Origin: a virus
IMG/VR virus record: IMGVR_UViG_3300045988_158927
Location: 1 to 64,000 of that record
DNA length: 64,000 nt
Reading direction: 5' to 3' (one strand)
In this document: piece after piece, positions 27,234-36,301 of the stretch
How the letters are laid out: the number at the start of each line of letters is the position of its first letter
Numbering within the stretch: position 1 is the stretch's first letter
Notes under the pieces: model-generated
The model's input: only the letters and a program-made list of their open reading frames with translations
Databases searched by the model: none
Told to the model about the DNA's origin: nothing
Position numbers and translations under genes: made by a program

Positions 27234-27267
27234 TTCCCCATCGATTCACCAAACATCCCACGACATC

Positions 27268-27795
27268 ATGAAACGCACAATCCTCGTTCTCTCGATCCTG
27301 TCCACCCTTGCCGCTTGTGGCGGTGGCAGCGCCCCGGCCGGCCAACCCGTCAACCCGCTTGCCGTAGAATTCTCCGGCGAGATCATCGAACAAAAACAAA
27401 CGGACGTTGCCAAGATCGAATCCACCGAACGACTGGATATCGACGGCCTTGTGAGCGCCTACATGACGATGGCCCGTTTTGTCAGCGAGCCGGCAGACCG
27501 TGCGATGACGGACGGTGAGGCACGCGCTTTGGCCGGTCTGGAAATGTGGTATCTGGCGTCCAATACCGTTGTGTTTCGCACTGGCCCGGACGGAAAATCG
27601 ACGCATGAAAGCCCGGCCGCCATCCGTGCGCAAATGGCGGCCATGAAACGGTCATTTGGTCCTCGGGACTATGCCGGCCGGATCATGGCTGAGGTCAAGC
27701 GCGGCATGATCACTCGCCCGGATTCTTGGCGCGAAGCAGTGCAGGATTACTACAAAAACTTTGACCGTATGGACGCTGAAGAAAAAAACTCTTGA
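27268..27795 (+). CDS. lipoprotein (moron-like)
   Basis: MKRTILVLSILSTLAAC GGGS: signal peptide plus lipobox LAAC. The track start at 27205 is the TTG of the -35 box. Confidence 0.75.
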   Translation: MKRTILVLSILSTLAACGGGSAPAGQPVNPLAVEFSGEIIEQKQTDVAKIESTERLDIDGLVSAYMTMARFVSEPADRAMTDGEARALAGLEMWYLASNTVVFRTGPDGKSTHESPAAIRAQMAAMKRSFGPRDYAGRIMAEVKRGMITRPDSWREAVQDYYKNFDRMDAEEKNS

Positions 27796-27859
27796 CAGTT
27801 TCCGCACGTTTATTCATGCTTCCATACGCTGATTCACACAACCCACGATAGGAACAACC

Positions 27860-28513
27860 ATGAAACATACGATTCTGGCCGTTTCCCTTGCTGCAATCCT
27901 CGCCGCGTGCGGTGGCGGGTCCGATTCCACTGTCTCGACCGTGAACGCCCCTGACCGGACGGAAGCCCCGAAGCTGGAATCCCAGCGTGTCGAGGCGCCG
28001 AAGGTAGAAGCGCCTAGCAAAGAGGATGAGCCGCGCCGCGCCCGTGATGAAGCCCCGGTCAAGGCGCAAGAGGTTGAGCCGCAAATGATCGTCGGTCATA
28101 TCCGCACGACACCGGATGAGAAATTTGAATCGTCGTGGTTCTCGATGCAGGACGCCCCGACGGCACGGCAAATCAGTGACGCCTACTTCACGGTTTTCCG
28201 CTGGCTGGCCACTGACCGCGAGGAACCGAACGATGCCGAGCAGGATGCGGTCGGACACTTGATGTACTGGTATATGACCCGTAAGGCCGTGCTGGAATCG
28301 GAAATCCGACACACTTACGCATCGTGTGCCATTCTGAAGCAGATCGAGGACGAAACGTTCCAAACGATGCTGAGTAGTTCGCCGCGCCAGTTTGCAACCT
28401 ACATGCGTAACGCGGCCGAAACATCGCGGGACATCATCAGCAACCCGCAAAACCATGAAGACGAAGTGTCTTCTTACGTTAACTACTGCGTCGCTTGCGC
28501 CAAGAAGCAGTAA
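27860..28513 (+). CDS. lipoprotein, paralogue of the preceding gene
   Basis: MKHTILAVSLAAILAAC GGGS. It shares LAACGGGS and an L.(M/Y)WY segment with the 27268 product. RBS AGGAAC. A TTGACA lies at 27792, but the -10 is weak. Confidence 0.75.
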   Translation: MKHTILAVSLAAILAACGGGSDSTVSTVNAPDRTEAPKLESQRVEAPKVEAPSKEDEPRRARDEAPVKAQEVEPQMIVGHIRTTPDEKFESSWFSMQDAPTARQISDAYFTVFRWLATDREEPNDAEQDAVGHLMYWYMTRKAVLESEIRHTYASCAILKQIEDETFQTMLSSSPRQFATYMRNAAETSRDIISNPQNHEDEVSSYVNYCVACAKKQ

Positions 28514-28544
28514 CCATCAACCCCCATCACAAGGAACCATCATC

Positions 28545-29342
28545 ATGAAAAAGACCATCATCGCCATTTCCCTGTTCGCCGCTGCCAGCCTCGCCCATGC
28601 AACCAACACGCCCGGCGCCGATTGTGTCGGCGTGAATGCCTGCAAAACCAACAGCGACAATGTGACCATGCAGCCGCACGCAACCGGCGGTAACGCTAAC
28701 GCTTCTGGCGGCAGCCAATGGCAGCAACAGCAGCAAAACCAAAACGCCAGCGCAACCGGCGGCAATGTCGGCGGCGTTAATGTCGCCCCGCAAACGTCCC
28801 TGTCCACTGGCGGCTACGTCTACAACAATCGGTCTCTGTCCATTCGTCCGGTGCAGGCCATCGCCCCGGCCGTCGCTGCCCCGTCGGCTTTCGTGTCCCG
28901 AATGGTTGACGCAACGTGCGGTCCTCGGCAGGTGGTGGTCGCGGAAGACGTGCAAGGTCGGATTATTGGCGTGTTCAAGGACACGCAGCAGGTTATCGGC
29001 GAGGATCATTACCTGAAGCCTGCCGAGCTTGCCTATCGCCGCGTCGAGGTCATGCCGGGGCTGATTCAACTGATCGGCCACCGCGTCCACGAAACTACGT
29101 CTGTCGTTACAACGTCTACCAGTGGCGCGCTTGCCTTCGGGGCGAATGGGTCCAATTTTGGCGGCGGCAGCATCGGGGCGGCATCCGGTGGCGCGCTGCA
29201 ACGTATGGTTACGACGATTCGCCTGCAAGAGTGTGTCGCGTATGAGCTGACGCCCGCGCCGCAACCCGTCGCAAAGCCGAAGCCTGCCCCGGTGAAGCGT
29301 AAAGCCGTGCGTCGCAAGCCGGTCGCTGACAAGAACTGCTGA
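28545..29342 (+). CDS. secreted protein with Q/N/G-rich region and basic Pro-rich tail
   Basis: Signal peptide MKKTIIAISLFAAASLAHA/TN, QWQQQQQNQNASATGG, and C-terminus PAPQPVAKPKPAPVKRKAVRRKP. RBS AAGGAAC. Confidence 0.7.
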   Translation: MKKTIIAISLFAAASLAHATNTPGADCVGVNACKTNSDNVTMQPHATGGNANASGGSQWQQQQQNQNASATGGNVGGVNVAPQTSLSTGGYVYNNRSLSIRPVQAIAPAVAAPSAFVSRMVDATCGPRQVVVAEDVQGRIIGVFKDTQQVIGEDHYLKPAELAYRRVEVMPGLIQLIGHRVHETTSVVTTSTSGALAFGANGSNFGGGSIGAASGGALQRMVTTIRLQECVAYELTPAPQPVAKPKPAPVKRKAVRRKPVADKNC

Positions 29343-29385
29343 TCAGACTTGAGAGATCGCCCGGGGTAACTCGGGCGGTTTGAGC

Positions 29386-29664
29386 ATGAACAAACAGCAG
29401 GAATTGCCGCGTCAGTTTAGAGTGGCAGATTACCAAAGCCGTGACGTTCGCTTTTTCTGCATAGAATTGGCGGGTAGCAAAATCCGCGATGATTGGAAGT
29501 TTTATGGTTTCGTTCATCGCGGAACCTTCAGAAGCTGCATGGATTATTTGCGTAGAGAGCAAAGGCAGTCTGGCGGCATCATTGAAGCAGGACGCAATAG
29601 CGCAAAACTCACGGCGCCGGGCTGGCAGGTTTGCCTAACCAAGAGTGCATCAAGGGGTGATTGA
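29386..29664 (+). CDS. hypothetical protein (tandem paralogue A)
   Basis: NKQQELPRQFRV...GGIIEAGRNSAKLT matches DKQQEVFKQYRL...GGIIEHERGGITKLT of the next gene. Confidence 0.55.
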   Translation: MNKQQELPRQFRVADYQSRDVRFFCIELAGSKIRDDWKFYGFVHRGTFRSCMDYLRREQRQSGGIIEAGRNSAKLTAPGWQVCLTKSASRGD

Positions 29665-29916
29665 ATGAATGGCATCGACAAACAGCAGGAAGTGTTCAAA
29701 CAGTATCGTTTGACGCTTTACCGTGCATATGGGGTTGACCTTTACCGTGTCGAGCCTGAAGACGGTGAAGTCATCGAAGGTTACACGCTGGCCAAGATAA
29801 TCTGCCGTGGCGATTACGGGGAATGTTTCTATCAACTGGCGCACGTTAAGGCCCGACACGGAGGAATCATTGAGCATGAGAGAGGCGGCATCACAAAATT
29901 AACGATTGTTTGTTGA
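29665..29916 (+). CDS. hypothetical protein (tandem paralogue B)
   Basis: It starts directly after the previous stop (TGAATG) and shares end motifs with the 29386 product. Confidence 0.55.
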   Translation: MNGIDKQQEVFKQYRLTLYRAYGVDLYRVEPEDGEVIEGYTLAKIICRGDYGECFYQLAHVKARHGGIIEHERGGITKLTIVC

Positions 29917-30149
29917 AACTACCGCGTCAATCATCGCTTGGTTATTGACGGCTACTGAAGAATGACGGAAGATTGATGCAAGGGCGCTTGATCAGCGTGA
30001 ACGCCATAGAATGATGCGGATGAAAAAGGCCGCATAGAACGTGGCAATAGATCGGTTTACTGGCGAAACCATCGAGCGTACTACGGTCCCCCACCCGTAG
30101 ATTTACAGACGCAGAAAAAGGCCAGACCATTCCTACAATCCCACATCCA

Positions 30150-30617
30150 ATGAACAACGAAAAAGCGACCGTCAGCCGCATTACGGCCATCATGAAAACG
30201 CTTGAGGACATGAAACTTTCGGCGTGCGCTGAAGGTCAATGCCGCATCGGAAACCGTCGGTACTTTTCCGACGGAGTTACCCGGTTTGTCGCTACGCGAA
30301 TGGCAAAACAGCCGGAAACGTACCCGTTCACGTCTAGCAGGCGAGACAGTGAAGAAAGCAGGTTCCTGCTTCTGCCGTTCACGTCTCTAGCATCGCTGGA
30401 AAAAGTGATGCACGAACTTCGGGAATTCATCCTGCAATTTGGCACGGATGTTGTCGTGTTCAAGGACGCGCTGAATGAGCGATGCTATCCGGTGCTGATC
30501 TTGCGCGATTCTGGTATTCGGTCGGATACGTGGAAGATCGTCTACGGCATCGGGAACGTTAAATCTCGCATCCATCGCACGATCATGATGATCGAACTGG
30601 GGGCGGCCTGCAAATGA
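30150..30617 (+). CDS. hypothetical protein
   Basis: 155-aa ORF with no clear RBS. It is followed by coupled genes. Confidence 0.5.
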   Translation: MNNEKATVSRITAIMKTLEDMKLSACAEGQCRIGNRRYFSDGVTRFVATRMAKQPETYPFTSSRRDSEESRFLLLPFTSLASLEKVMHELREFILQFGTDVVVFKDALNERCYPVLILRDSGIRSDTWKIVYGIGNVKSRIHRTIMMIELGAACK

Positions 30618-30760
30618 CGGAAAAGCAATTCGCCCGGGTCATGGTCGGAATGGTTGTCGGTTTTGTGGCGGCTTTCGCGCTGCTGATCGGAGTCTCTTCC
30701 ACGTTCCACGCTGACAAGCCAATCAAGCAACCCGGAAATGTGGTCTACGTAACGGAGTAA
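30614..30760 (+). CDS. small single-pass membrane protein (48 aa, below the track cutoff)
   Basis: ATGA overlap with the previous stop. MTEKQFARVMVGMVVGFVAAFALLIGVSSTFHADKPIKQPGNVVYVTE. The next gene's RBS lies in its last codons. Confidence 0.6.
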   Translation: MTEKQFARVMVGMVVGFVAAFALLIGVSSTFHADKPIKQPGNVVYVTE

Positions 30761-30763
30761 ACA

Positions 30764-31081
30764 ATGTCATTCAAATTCACACAAAGCGGCGTTGAATTCG
30801 ATGGCGGCAAGCTGACGTTGGCGTACCTGCCGGAGTTTCAGACGATCATGGATGAACTGGTATTCATCATCAATGACCCGTCCATCAATGGCGTGCCCGT
30901 CGATCTCTCGCAGCGCCTGAACGGTATCGAATCCAAGCATGGCGAAGATATCGACGTTGTTGGAACTAGCGGCGATTACTTCACGTTTCGTCGCGCTGGC
31001 GATTCGGTGGCGGTCTGGTATACGTATCTGGACGAGGAAGACAACCCGCAACCCCCGATCTATATGGCGCGCATTGTCTGA
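30764..31081 (+). CDS. hypothetical protein
   Basis: RBS ACGGAG, 105 aa. Confidence 0.55.
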   Translation: MSFKFTQSGVEFDGGKLTLAYLPEFQTIMDELVFIINDPSINGVPVDLSQRLNGIESKHGEDIDVVGTSGDYFTFRRAGDSVAVWYTYLDEEDNPQPPIYMARIV

Positions 31082-31428
31082 TGGCTGAAATCAAGGTAGA
31101 CCCGTTTCATGTGCTGGCTGACAGAGAAGGATTCTTCCTGCCGAGAAAGAACGGCATCGCTTTCTTCATCGACGGCAAATACCGATACCGTTCGTACTCC
31201 GATGAGTTTCGGGGATGGCTGGATGAGCAAGACGGAGACGTGCGTAACGTCTTTGGAAACGAGCACTACGCGGAGGTGCATTCAATCGAAACGTTCATGT
31301 TCGCAATCGGGCAATGCGTCTTTCTCCCGGCTTTGGTAGACGGTGATTTCTCGATCCTTTGTCGCCTTCCGGATCAGCAACTAATCGATGTTCTCAAGCA
31401 ACCCACGAAAGAGGAAAACCATGGATAA
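31081..31428 (+). CDS. hypothetical protein
   Basis: TGATG coupling, 115 aa. Confidence 0.55.
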   Translation: MAEIKVDPFHVLADREGFFLPRKNGIAFFIDGKYRYRSYSDEFRGWLDEQDGDVRNVFGNEHYAEVHSIETFMFAIGQCVFLPALVDGDFSILCRLPDQQLIDVLKQPTKEENHG

Positions 31429-32089
31429 CAAAATGATCATTGATGCAGCGTTCAAATTCATCAAGAAACTTCCTTGGGGCGCATATCTTGTATGCGACCG
31501 AATTTTGGAAGCGGTTGATGAAATGAACTGGAAGCTTGCATCTGTTCCTGCATACATGGAAGAGCGTGCATCTATCGATTACCTGACTGTTTTCGGGTAT
31601 ATCGAGGCGCGCAATGGCGGCAAAGAAATTGGCCTGTCCCATATATTCTGGCAAGACGTAGAGGAATCCATGTTTATCTGCCAGAGTGACGTATTCGACA
31701 TGCCGAAACCTGCCACCGACGGCGCGGCTTGCTTCGACATTCAATCGGCAACTGAGGCGGTGATTCCTGCTGGCGGCACGGCTATTCTGGATACCGGACT
31801 GCGATTCCATATCCCCGTCGGTCATGCACTCATGGTCTACTCGCGTAGCGGGCACGGCTTCAAACATGACGTTAGCCTGTCCAATGGCACCGGCGTTATC
31901 GACAGTGATTATCGTGGCGAAATGAAGGTCAAGCTTCGCAACGATGGCGCGGAGCCGTTTACCGTCAAGCATGGCGACCGGATTGCGCAAGCCATGCTGA
32001 TTAAATTGCCTAACCTGCATATGATTTCCGGAACTGTCGAAAATGACACGGCACGCGGATCAGGTGGTTTTGGTTCTACTGGAGTTTGA
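31421..32089 (+). CDS. dut: dUTP diphosphatase with ~80-aa N-terminal extension
   Basis: Motifs AACFDI, YSRSG, GVIDSDYRGEMKV, GDRIAQ and RGSGGFGSTG. RBS AGGAAAACC then ATG at 31421. Confidence 0.88.
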   Translation: MDNKMIIDAAFKFIKKLPWGAYLVCDRILEAVDEMNWKLASVPAYMEERASIDYLTVFGYIEARNGGKEIGLSHIFWQDVEESMFICQSDVFDMPKPATDGAACFDIQSATEAVIPAGGTAILDTGLRFHIPVGHALMVYSRSGHGFKHDVSLSNGTGVIDSDYRGEMKVKLRNDGAEPFTVKHGDRIAQAMLIKLPNLHMISGTVENDTARGSGGFGSTGV

Positions 32090-32090
32090 T

Positions 32091-32582
32091 ATGCGAATCT
32101 TGGTTACGGGAAATCCCGGCGTGGGTAAAACTTCTGTCATGTATGACGTACTCGACGCGCTTTATGAGAAAAGCGATTGGATGTGCGTAATCCGTTATAT
32201 GGACACTTTTCTATCCGAAGGTGAAGAATCAGGGGTGATTAGTCACGTTAGTGCTGAAAGTACGTTGAAAGATGAGTTCAACGCAGTCAATGATGGATTC
32301 GCGTATAGTCGTGATTTGATCTATGCAGGTCTTAAATCAGATTCGGACTATATCTGCGAGTACCCGTTTGGCGAGAACCCGGCGCCTGAACATGCCGTGT
32401 TCTTTGATGTGATTCTCAAAGTATCAGCTAAAGATAACTGTGGAATGTCAAATGTGGAAGTTTTGAAAGACAGGCGTGGCACAAAACGTGGACAAAAATT
32501 TTATTTTGAATTCATAGACGGTGAACCGGAAGACAGGATCAAGTTACAATTTCGTCCCGTAAGGTTTGACCTTGGCGCTTAA
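32091..32582 (+). CDS. P-loop NTPase (possibly nucleotide kinase)
   Basis: MRILVTGNPGVGKTS Walker A at the extreme N-terminus. It lies between dut and the thyX block. Confidence 0.5.
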   Translation: MRILVTGNPGVGKTSVMYDVLDALYEKSDWMCVIRYMDTFLSEGEESGVISHVSAESTLKDEFNAVNDGFAYSRDLIYAGLKSDSDYICEYPFGENPAPEHAVFFDVILKVSAKDNCGMSNVEVLKDRRGTKRGQKFYFEFIDGEPEDRIKLQFRPVRFDLGA

Positions 32583-32613
32583 TGGAAAATGCTCTAGTCG
32601 TTTGCACCAATGG

Positions 32614-32642
32614 TTGACACCGAAAAATTTTTGAGGATAATA
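32614..32642 (+). promoter_or_regulatory. sigma70-like promoter
   Basis: TTGACA (32614-32619), 16-nt spacer, GATAAT (32636-32641). Confidence 0.55.
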
Positions 32643-32696
32643 ATGGGTGCGTGCAGGGTTTCTTGTACGTCTCATTGATTGCCTCCAAAGCACTTT

Positions 32697-32723
32697 AATC
32701 CCGGGGCAACCCGGGATTTTTTT
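32697..32723 (+). terminator. rho-independent terminator
   Basis: AATCCCGG-ggcaac-CCGGGATT followed by a T run. It lies only ~55 nt downstream of the promoter above. Confidence 0.7.
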
Positions 32724-32733
32724 CCTTTACCCT

Positions 32734-32961
32734 ATGCGTTACTTCGCTCTCTCCACTGAAGAAACCCGTCTGGCAACGTTTCGTTGCGTGAATGAATTCC
32801 TGACGAAACAGGACAGGGACGCCTTCATGGCGCTAAGTAAAGACGCCAAAGCAATCACTGAAACGGAAGCCGTCGCCATGACAGGCGGCGCTAATTTCTT
32901 TGAATTCAGGCGCGAAAACATCCAATACATGCGCGCTACCATTTCACACAAGGCAAAATGA
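32734..32961 (+). CDS. hypothetical protein
   Basis: 75 aa from the ATG at 32734. The track ORF start at 32647 runs through the terminator hairpin. No clear RBS. Confidence 0.45.
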   Translation: MRYFALSTEETRLATFRCVNEFLTKQDRDAFMALSKDAKAITETEAVAMTGGANFFEFRRENIQYMRATISHKAK

Positions 32962-33533
32962 ATCGACAAATCATCACTACCCAAATTGACGCCATGACGT
33001 GCCGCCTGTTTGCGCGTGACACGTATGTAGTCGTTCCCACTGTATCCCGCGAATTCCGTAACCGCATCGAGCGACGCGATATCTTCGCGTCATTCCGTAA
33101 GGTAGATACCCCGGTGGGTTCCGTGGTTCTGATCAATGATCAAGACCAAACAGTAACGCCTGTCGCAAGCGAATACTCAATGAGTACGGGTACCCGCGTA
33201 TGGGACGGCTACGAAGAGACCGAGAGCGTGACCTACGATGAGCTGGCCGAGGTCATCAACAATCAGGCGGATATCATCGATATCGATCTAGCGGACTGTT
33301 ACCTGACCGTCGCAACCGATCTAGATGGCGAGACCTACTATATCGAGATGATTGCAGGCGCTAAAAAGTCGCTGATCAAGGTTAAAGGCGGTTCCGTCGC
33401 CCTTGCTTTGGCAGAAGACTTCCTGCGCGGCGTTGCATCCATCGAGGAAGCCGCAAAACATATCGAGAAGCTGATCGATTTCATCGACGTTGACCCTGAA
33501 GACTTTACCGAAGAGGCTGAATACAATGTTTGA
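32958..33533 (+). CDS. hypothetical acidic protein
   Basis: ATGA coupling, 191 aa. Confidence 0.55.
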   Translation: MNRQIITTQIDAMTCRLFARDTYVVVPTVSREFRNRIERRDIFASFRKVDTPVGSVVLINDQDQTVTPVASEYSMSTGTRVWDGYEETESVTYDELAEVINNQADIIDIDLADCYLTVATDLDGETYYIEMIAGAKKSLIKVKGGSVALALAEDFLRGVASIEEAAKHIEKLIDFIDVDPEDFTEEAEYNV

Positions 33534-33771
33534 GTTTCGCCAGTTTTCCAATGAGGCCAGCGAGCTTGCCAACCTGCAAGCGCATTCCCTGCTGGCCGAG
33601 AGCGTTGCCACGGGCGGCTTTTTCGTGCGCGAGCTTGAGACTACGGACGGCACGCTTTGTGTCCACTACCACGGCCCTGATGGCGATTGTCTGGCCCGGT
33701 TTGGCAACAATGCCGCCGAGAACCGTGCGTTCTATAACGAGCGCGTGACGCGCCTTCAGGCCATTGCATGA
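33526..33771 (+). CDS. hypothetical protein
   Basis: RBS GAGG then ATG at 33526, overlapping the previous stop. Confidence 0.5.
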   Translation: MFEFRQFSNEASELANLQAHSLLAESVATGGFFVRELETTDGTLCVHYHGPDGDCLARFGNNAAENRAFYNERVTRLQAIA

Positions 33772-34163
33772 ACCTGCTACGGAAACTGTCGCTCTCGTTC
33801 ACGCTGGCTACCACGATGACGCCCCGTCATTTTGTGCTGGCGTGGAATGGCCGTTATGTGGCTGGCGTCGAATTCAAGGATGAGCGCGAGGCCGGGCGAC
33901 AGTATCGGAAGTACGCCGACGAACGAACGCACAATAGCCCGCTAATATGGGCTATCAGCATGGCAGGCGGAAGCATCCTGATCTCTTGGCATCACGCAGA
34001 CGTGTATGACATCGAGATCACGAAGCCCGAAAGCCACTGTCTGAAATCTTGCCCGCGCATTGAGCTGGAAGCGTCTGTCATCAATGCGCTAAAGCAGATT
34101 GGATGCGCGAATCTTCCCGGCGCCGTTTTCGATTTTAAGCAGGCTATGAAAAAGCATGCGTAA
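33768..34163 (+). CDS. hypothetical protein
   Basis: ATGA coupling, 131 aa. Confidence 0.5.
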   Translation: MNLLRKLSLSFTLATTMTPRHFVLAWNGRYVAGVEFKDEREAGRQYRKYADERTHNSPLIWAISMAGGSILISWHHADVYDIEITKPESHCLKSCPRIELEASVINALKQIGCANLPGAVFDFKQAMKKHA

Positions 34164-34533
34164 AGTCTTCGCAAAAGGCCGGATGCGTCACGTAACCGGT
34201 CAGATGAACAAGACCGAGGCGGCCTATCACGCCCATCTACAGGCCCAAGGGCATGCGTGGATCGAGTTTGAGGCAATCACCCTCAAGCTTGCCGACGGAT
34301 GCCGCTACACCCCGGATTTTGCGGTGATGCAGCAGGATGGCGTGATAGAACTGCATGAGGTCAAAGGGTCCAAAGCGATCTTTCAGGATGACGCCAAGGT
34401 CAAGATCAAGTTAGCAGCCAAACTTTTTCCCTTCGTCTTCAAACTCGCTTTTCCCATTCCCATTAAACACGGTGGCGGCTGGACCGTCGAAGAGGTGAAC
34501 GATTCCCATGGAACTGAAACAAGCAACCCCTAA
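34156..34533 (+). CDS. DUF1064-like PD-(D/E)XK nuclease
   Basis: NKTEAAYHAHLQ...YTPDFAV...IELHEVKG...KIKLAAKLFP matches the DUF1064 layout (D...E.K core). Confidence 0.55.
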   Translation: MRKVFAKGRMRHVTGQMNKTEAAYHAHLQAQGHAWIEFEAITLKLADGCRYTPDFAVMQQDGVIELHEVKGSKAIFQDDAKVKIKLAAKLFPFVFKLAFPIPIKHGGGWTVEEVNDSHGTETSNP

Positions 34534-35290
34534 AGCGCGCATCGTCGCGTGGACTCACTACGATCAATCCGGCGTTGATGAAGCCCTTGCCGATTGCGGC
34601 ATCTATGAATGGGCGCCGTCCGGGCCTGATGACGCTTGCAACCTGATCGAGCTGGCCGGCAAAAGCTGCTATATGTCGTTCGATCTCGCGGCCAACAAGA
34701 ACCTGACGATGGTTAACGGCCGAAGCAATCACGATTACATTCAGCAGGGAATCATTGCGAACGGTCACACTAGCTGCCTTGAGCATGCAACCGTGTCCGT
34801 GATGTTCACGAACGTTTCCCGCATCGTTACGCATGAGCTTGTGCGTCATCGGGCCGGTACCGCGTTTTCCCAGACTTCCGGGCGGTATGTCCGAAACGAG
34901 ATTGACACGTTCTATGTCCCGGACGCCATCGAGGCCAACCCGAAAGCCAAAGCCGCCTATCTGAAGGCCGTTGAGGGAATGAATGAAGCCCTCCGGGCCA
35001 TGGAAGAGGCCACCGGCGTCGATTCCCTGCCGTTCGCTGAGAAGAAAGCCCTTACGTCAGCGTTCCGTCGCGTCGTCGGCAATGGCCAGCCTAACAACCT
35101 GCTGATGACGGCCAACCATCGGACGTGGCGTCACGTCATCGAGCTGCGAACGAGTGTCCATGCAGAAGAAGAGGTCCGGAAGGTTGTCCGTGACCTTGCC
35201 ATCCAACTGAAGCACCGATTCCCGACGATCTACGATGACATGAGCATCAACGATGCCGGGGAGTGTGTGTTTAAGCATTCCAAAGTGTAA
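34508..35290 (+). CDS. thyX: flavin-dependent thymidylate synthase
   Basis: ThyX signature THELVRHRAGTAFSQTSGRY. RBS GAGGTGA. Confidence 0.88.
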   Translation: MELKQATPKARIVAWTHYDQSGVDEALADCGIYEWAPSGPDDACNLIELAGKSCYMSFDLAANKNLTMVNGRSNHDYIQQGIIANGHTSCLEHATVSVMFTNVSRIVTHELVRHRAGTAFSQTSGRYVRNEIDTFYVPDAIEANPKAKAAYLKAVEGMNEALRAMEEATGVDSLPFAEKKALTSAFRRVVGNGQPNNLLMTANHRTWRHVIELRTSVHAEEEVRKVVRDLAIQLKHRFPTIYDDMSINDAGECVFKHSKV

Positions 35291-35309
35291 AGTGATGTAA
35301 CTTTGCAAC

Positions 35310-35335
35310 AAGGCGGCTTGACGGCCGCCTTTTTT
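35310..35335 (+). terminator. rho-independent terminator
   Basis: AAGGCGGC-ttgacg-GCCGCCTT followed by TTTT. Confidence 0.8.
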
Positions 35336-35378
35336 GCGTTCATACTTTCCGCACACTTTCCCACACAAGGACAACGAA

Positions 35379-36080
35379 ATGTCTGCACACTTCACATTCC
35401 TGAATCGTGACAAAGCCGCCGAGCTGCTGACCTTCGGCATGTTTGCTGAGGCCGCCGATATGCTGCTGCCGGGGGCGTCCGGCATGATCACTCTGTCCAA
35501 AGATATCGATGAGCTGGAGCGGAGAATTGAATTCGCGCTGCTGCACGATAACCTGACGTATGACGAAGAGTATGTTATTTCTAAATTCATGACGTGCCCG
35601 ACGGTCTACAAGCCCGAGAACTGGACCGATAAATTCATTGTCGTGGTTTCGTATTGCGACCTTGACAAGGCCGACCGAGATCACGTTCCCCTGAAAGTGA
35701 ATGATGACGTGCAGCCTCGCGGCATGTTCGCCTATTCAAACGCTGGTGATGCCAACCGGCTGGCGCTGATGTATTCCAGTTCTGCCATGATGTGCTGTTC
35801 TGATGATATTCTCTTGGATAACGTCGAATTCATCGCCCCGGAGAACTGGCAGGATGTTCTCACGTCTACGAAGGCATTCCAAATCGTGACCGGCGTTCTG
35901 TTGCCGGATCAGCGCGCCGAGCTTGACGAGACTTTCGCTACGTTGAGTCTGCATGCGTTTTTCAATTCTCCGGAAACCTATCGTCTTATCGTGGCATCCC
36001 CATATTACCGGGACGCCAAGGAATGCTATCTGCACTCCCTGAGCAACCGTGTCTCTAAAATCAAGGCAAATCGCAAATGA
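35379..36080 (+). CDS. hypothetical protein
   Basis: RBS AAGGAC then ATG at 35379, 233 aa. Confidence 0.55.
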   Translation: MSAHFTFLNRDKAAELLTFGMFAEAADMLLPGASGMITLSKDIDELERRIEFALLHDNLTYDEEYVISKFMTCPTVYKPENWTDKFIVVVSYCDLDKADRDHVPLKVNDDVQPRGMFAYSNAGDANRLALMYSSSAMMCCSDDILLDNVEFIAPENWQDVLTSTKAFQIVTGVLLPDQRAELDETFATLSLHAFFNSPETYRLIVASPYYRDAKECYLHSLSNRVSKIKANRK

Positions 36081-36301
36081 AAACTACACTCAAAGGGCAG
36101 GTTGTCGAGTATGGCGGCCAAAAATACACGTTCCACACGATCAACGATGCCCATCGTCATTTCATGTCGTGGTGTGAACGGACGGCCGGTTCTCCGGTGA
36201 AGCGTCCCTATGTCCTCGGGGATTCCTTCACCGTCATCACGTATGCAAAGCATATGATCCGTTTCTCTGATCCGGTCACGGCCGAGCTGGTGGAAGAGTG
36301 A
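36077..36301 (+). CDS. hypothetical protein
   Basis: ATGA coupling, 74 aa. Confidence 0.5.
   Translation: MKTTLKGQVVEYGGQKYTFHTINDAHRHFMSWCERTAGSPVKRPYVLGDSFTVITYAKHMIRFSDPVTAELVEE

Noticed and set aside
29942-30211. 89-aa minus-strand ORF with hydrophobic stretches in the 230-bp gap before 30150.
   Set aside because: It overlaps the 5-prime end of the plus-strand gene, has no RBS, and is the only minus-strand ORF in a 43-kb rightward block. The gap is more likely regulatory.
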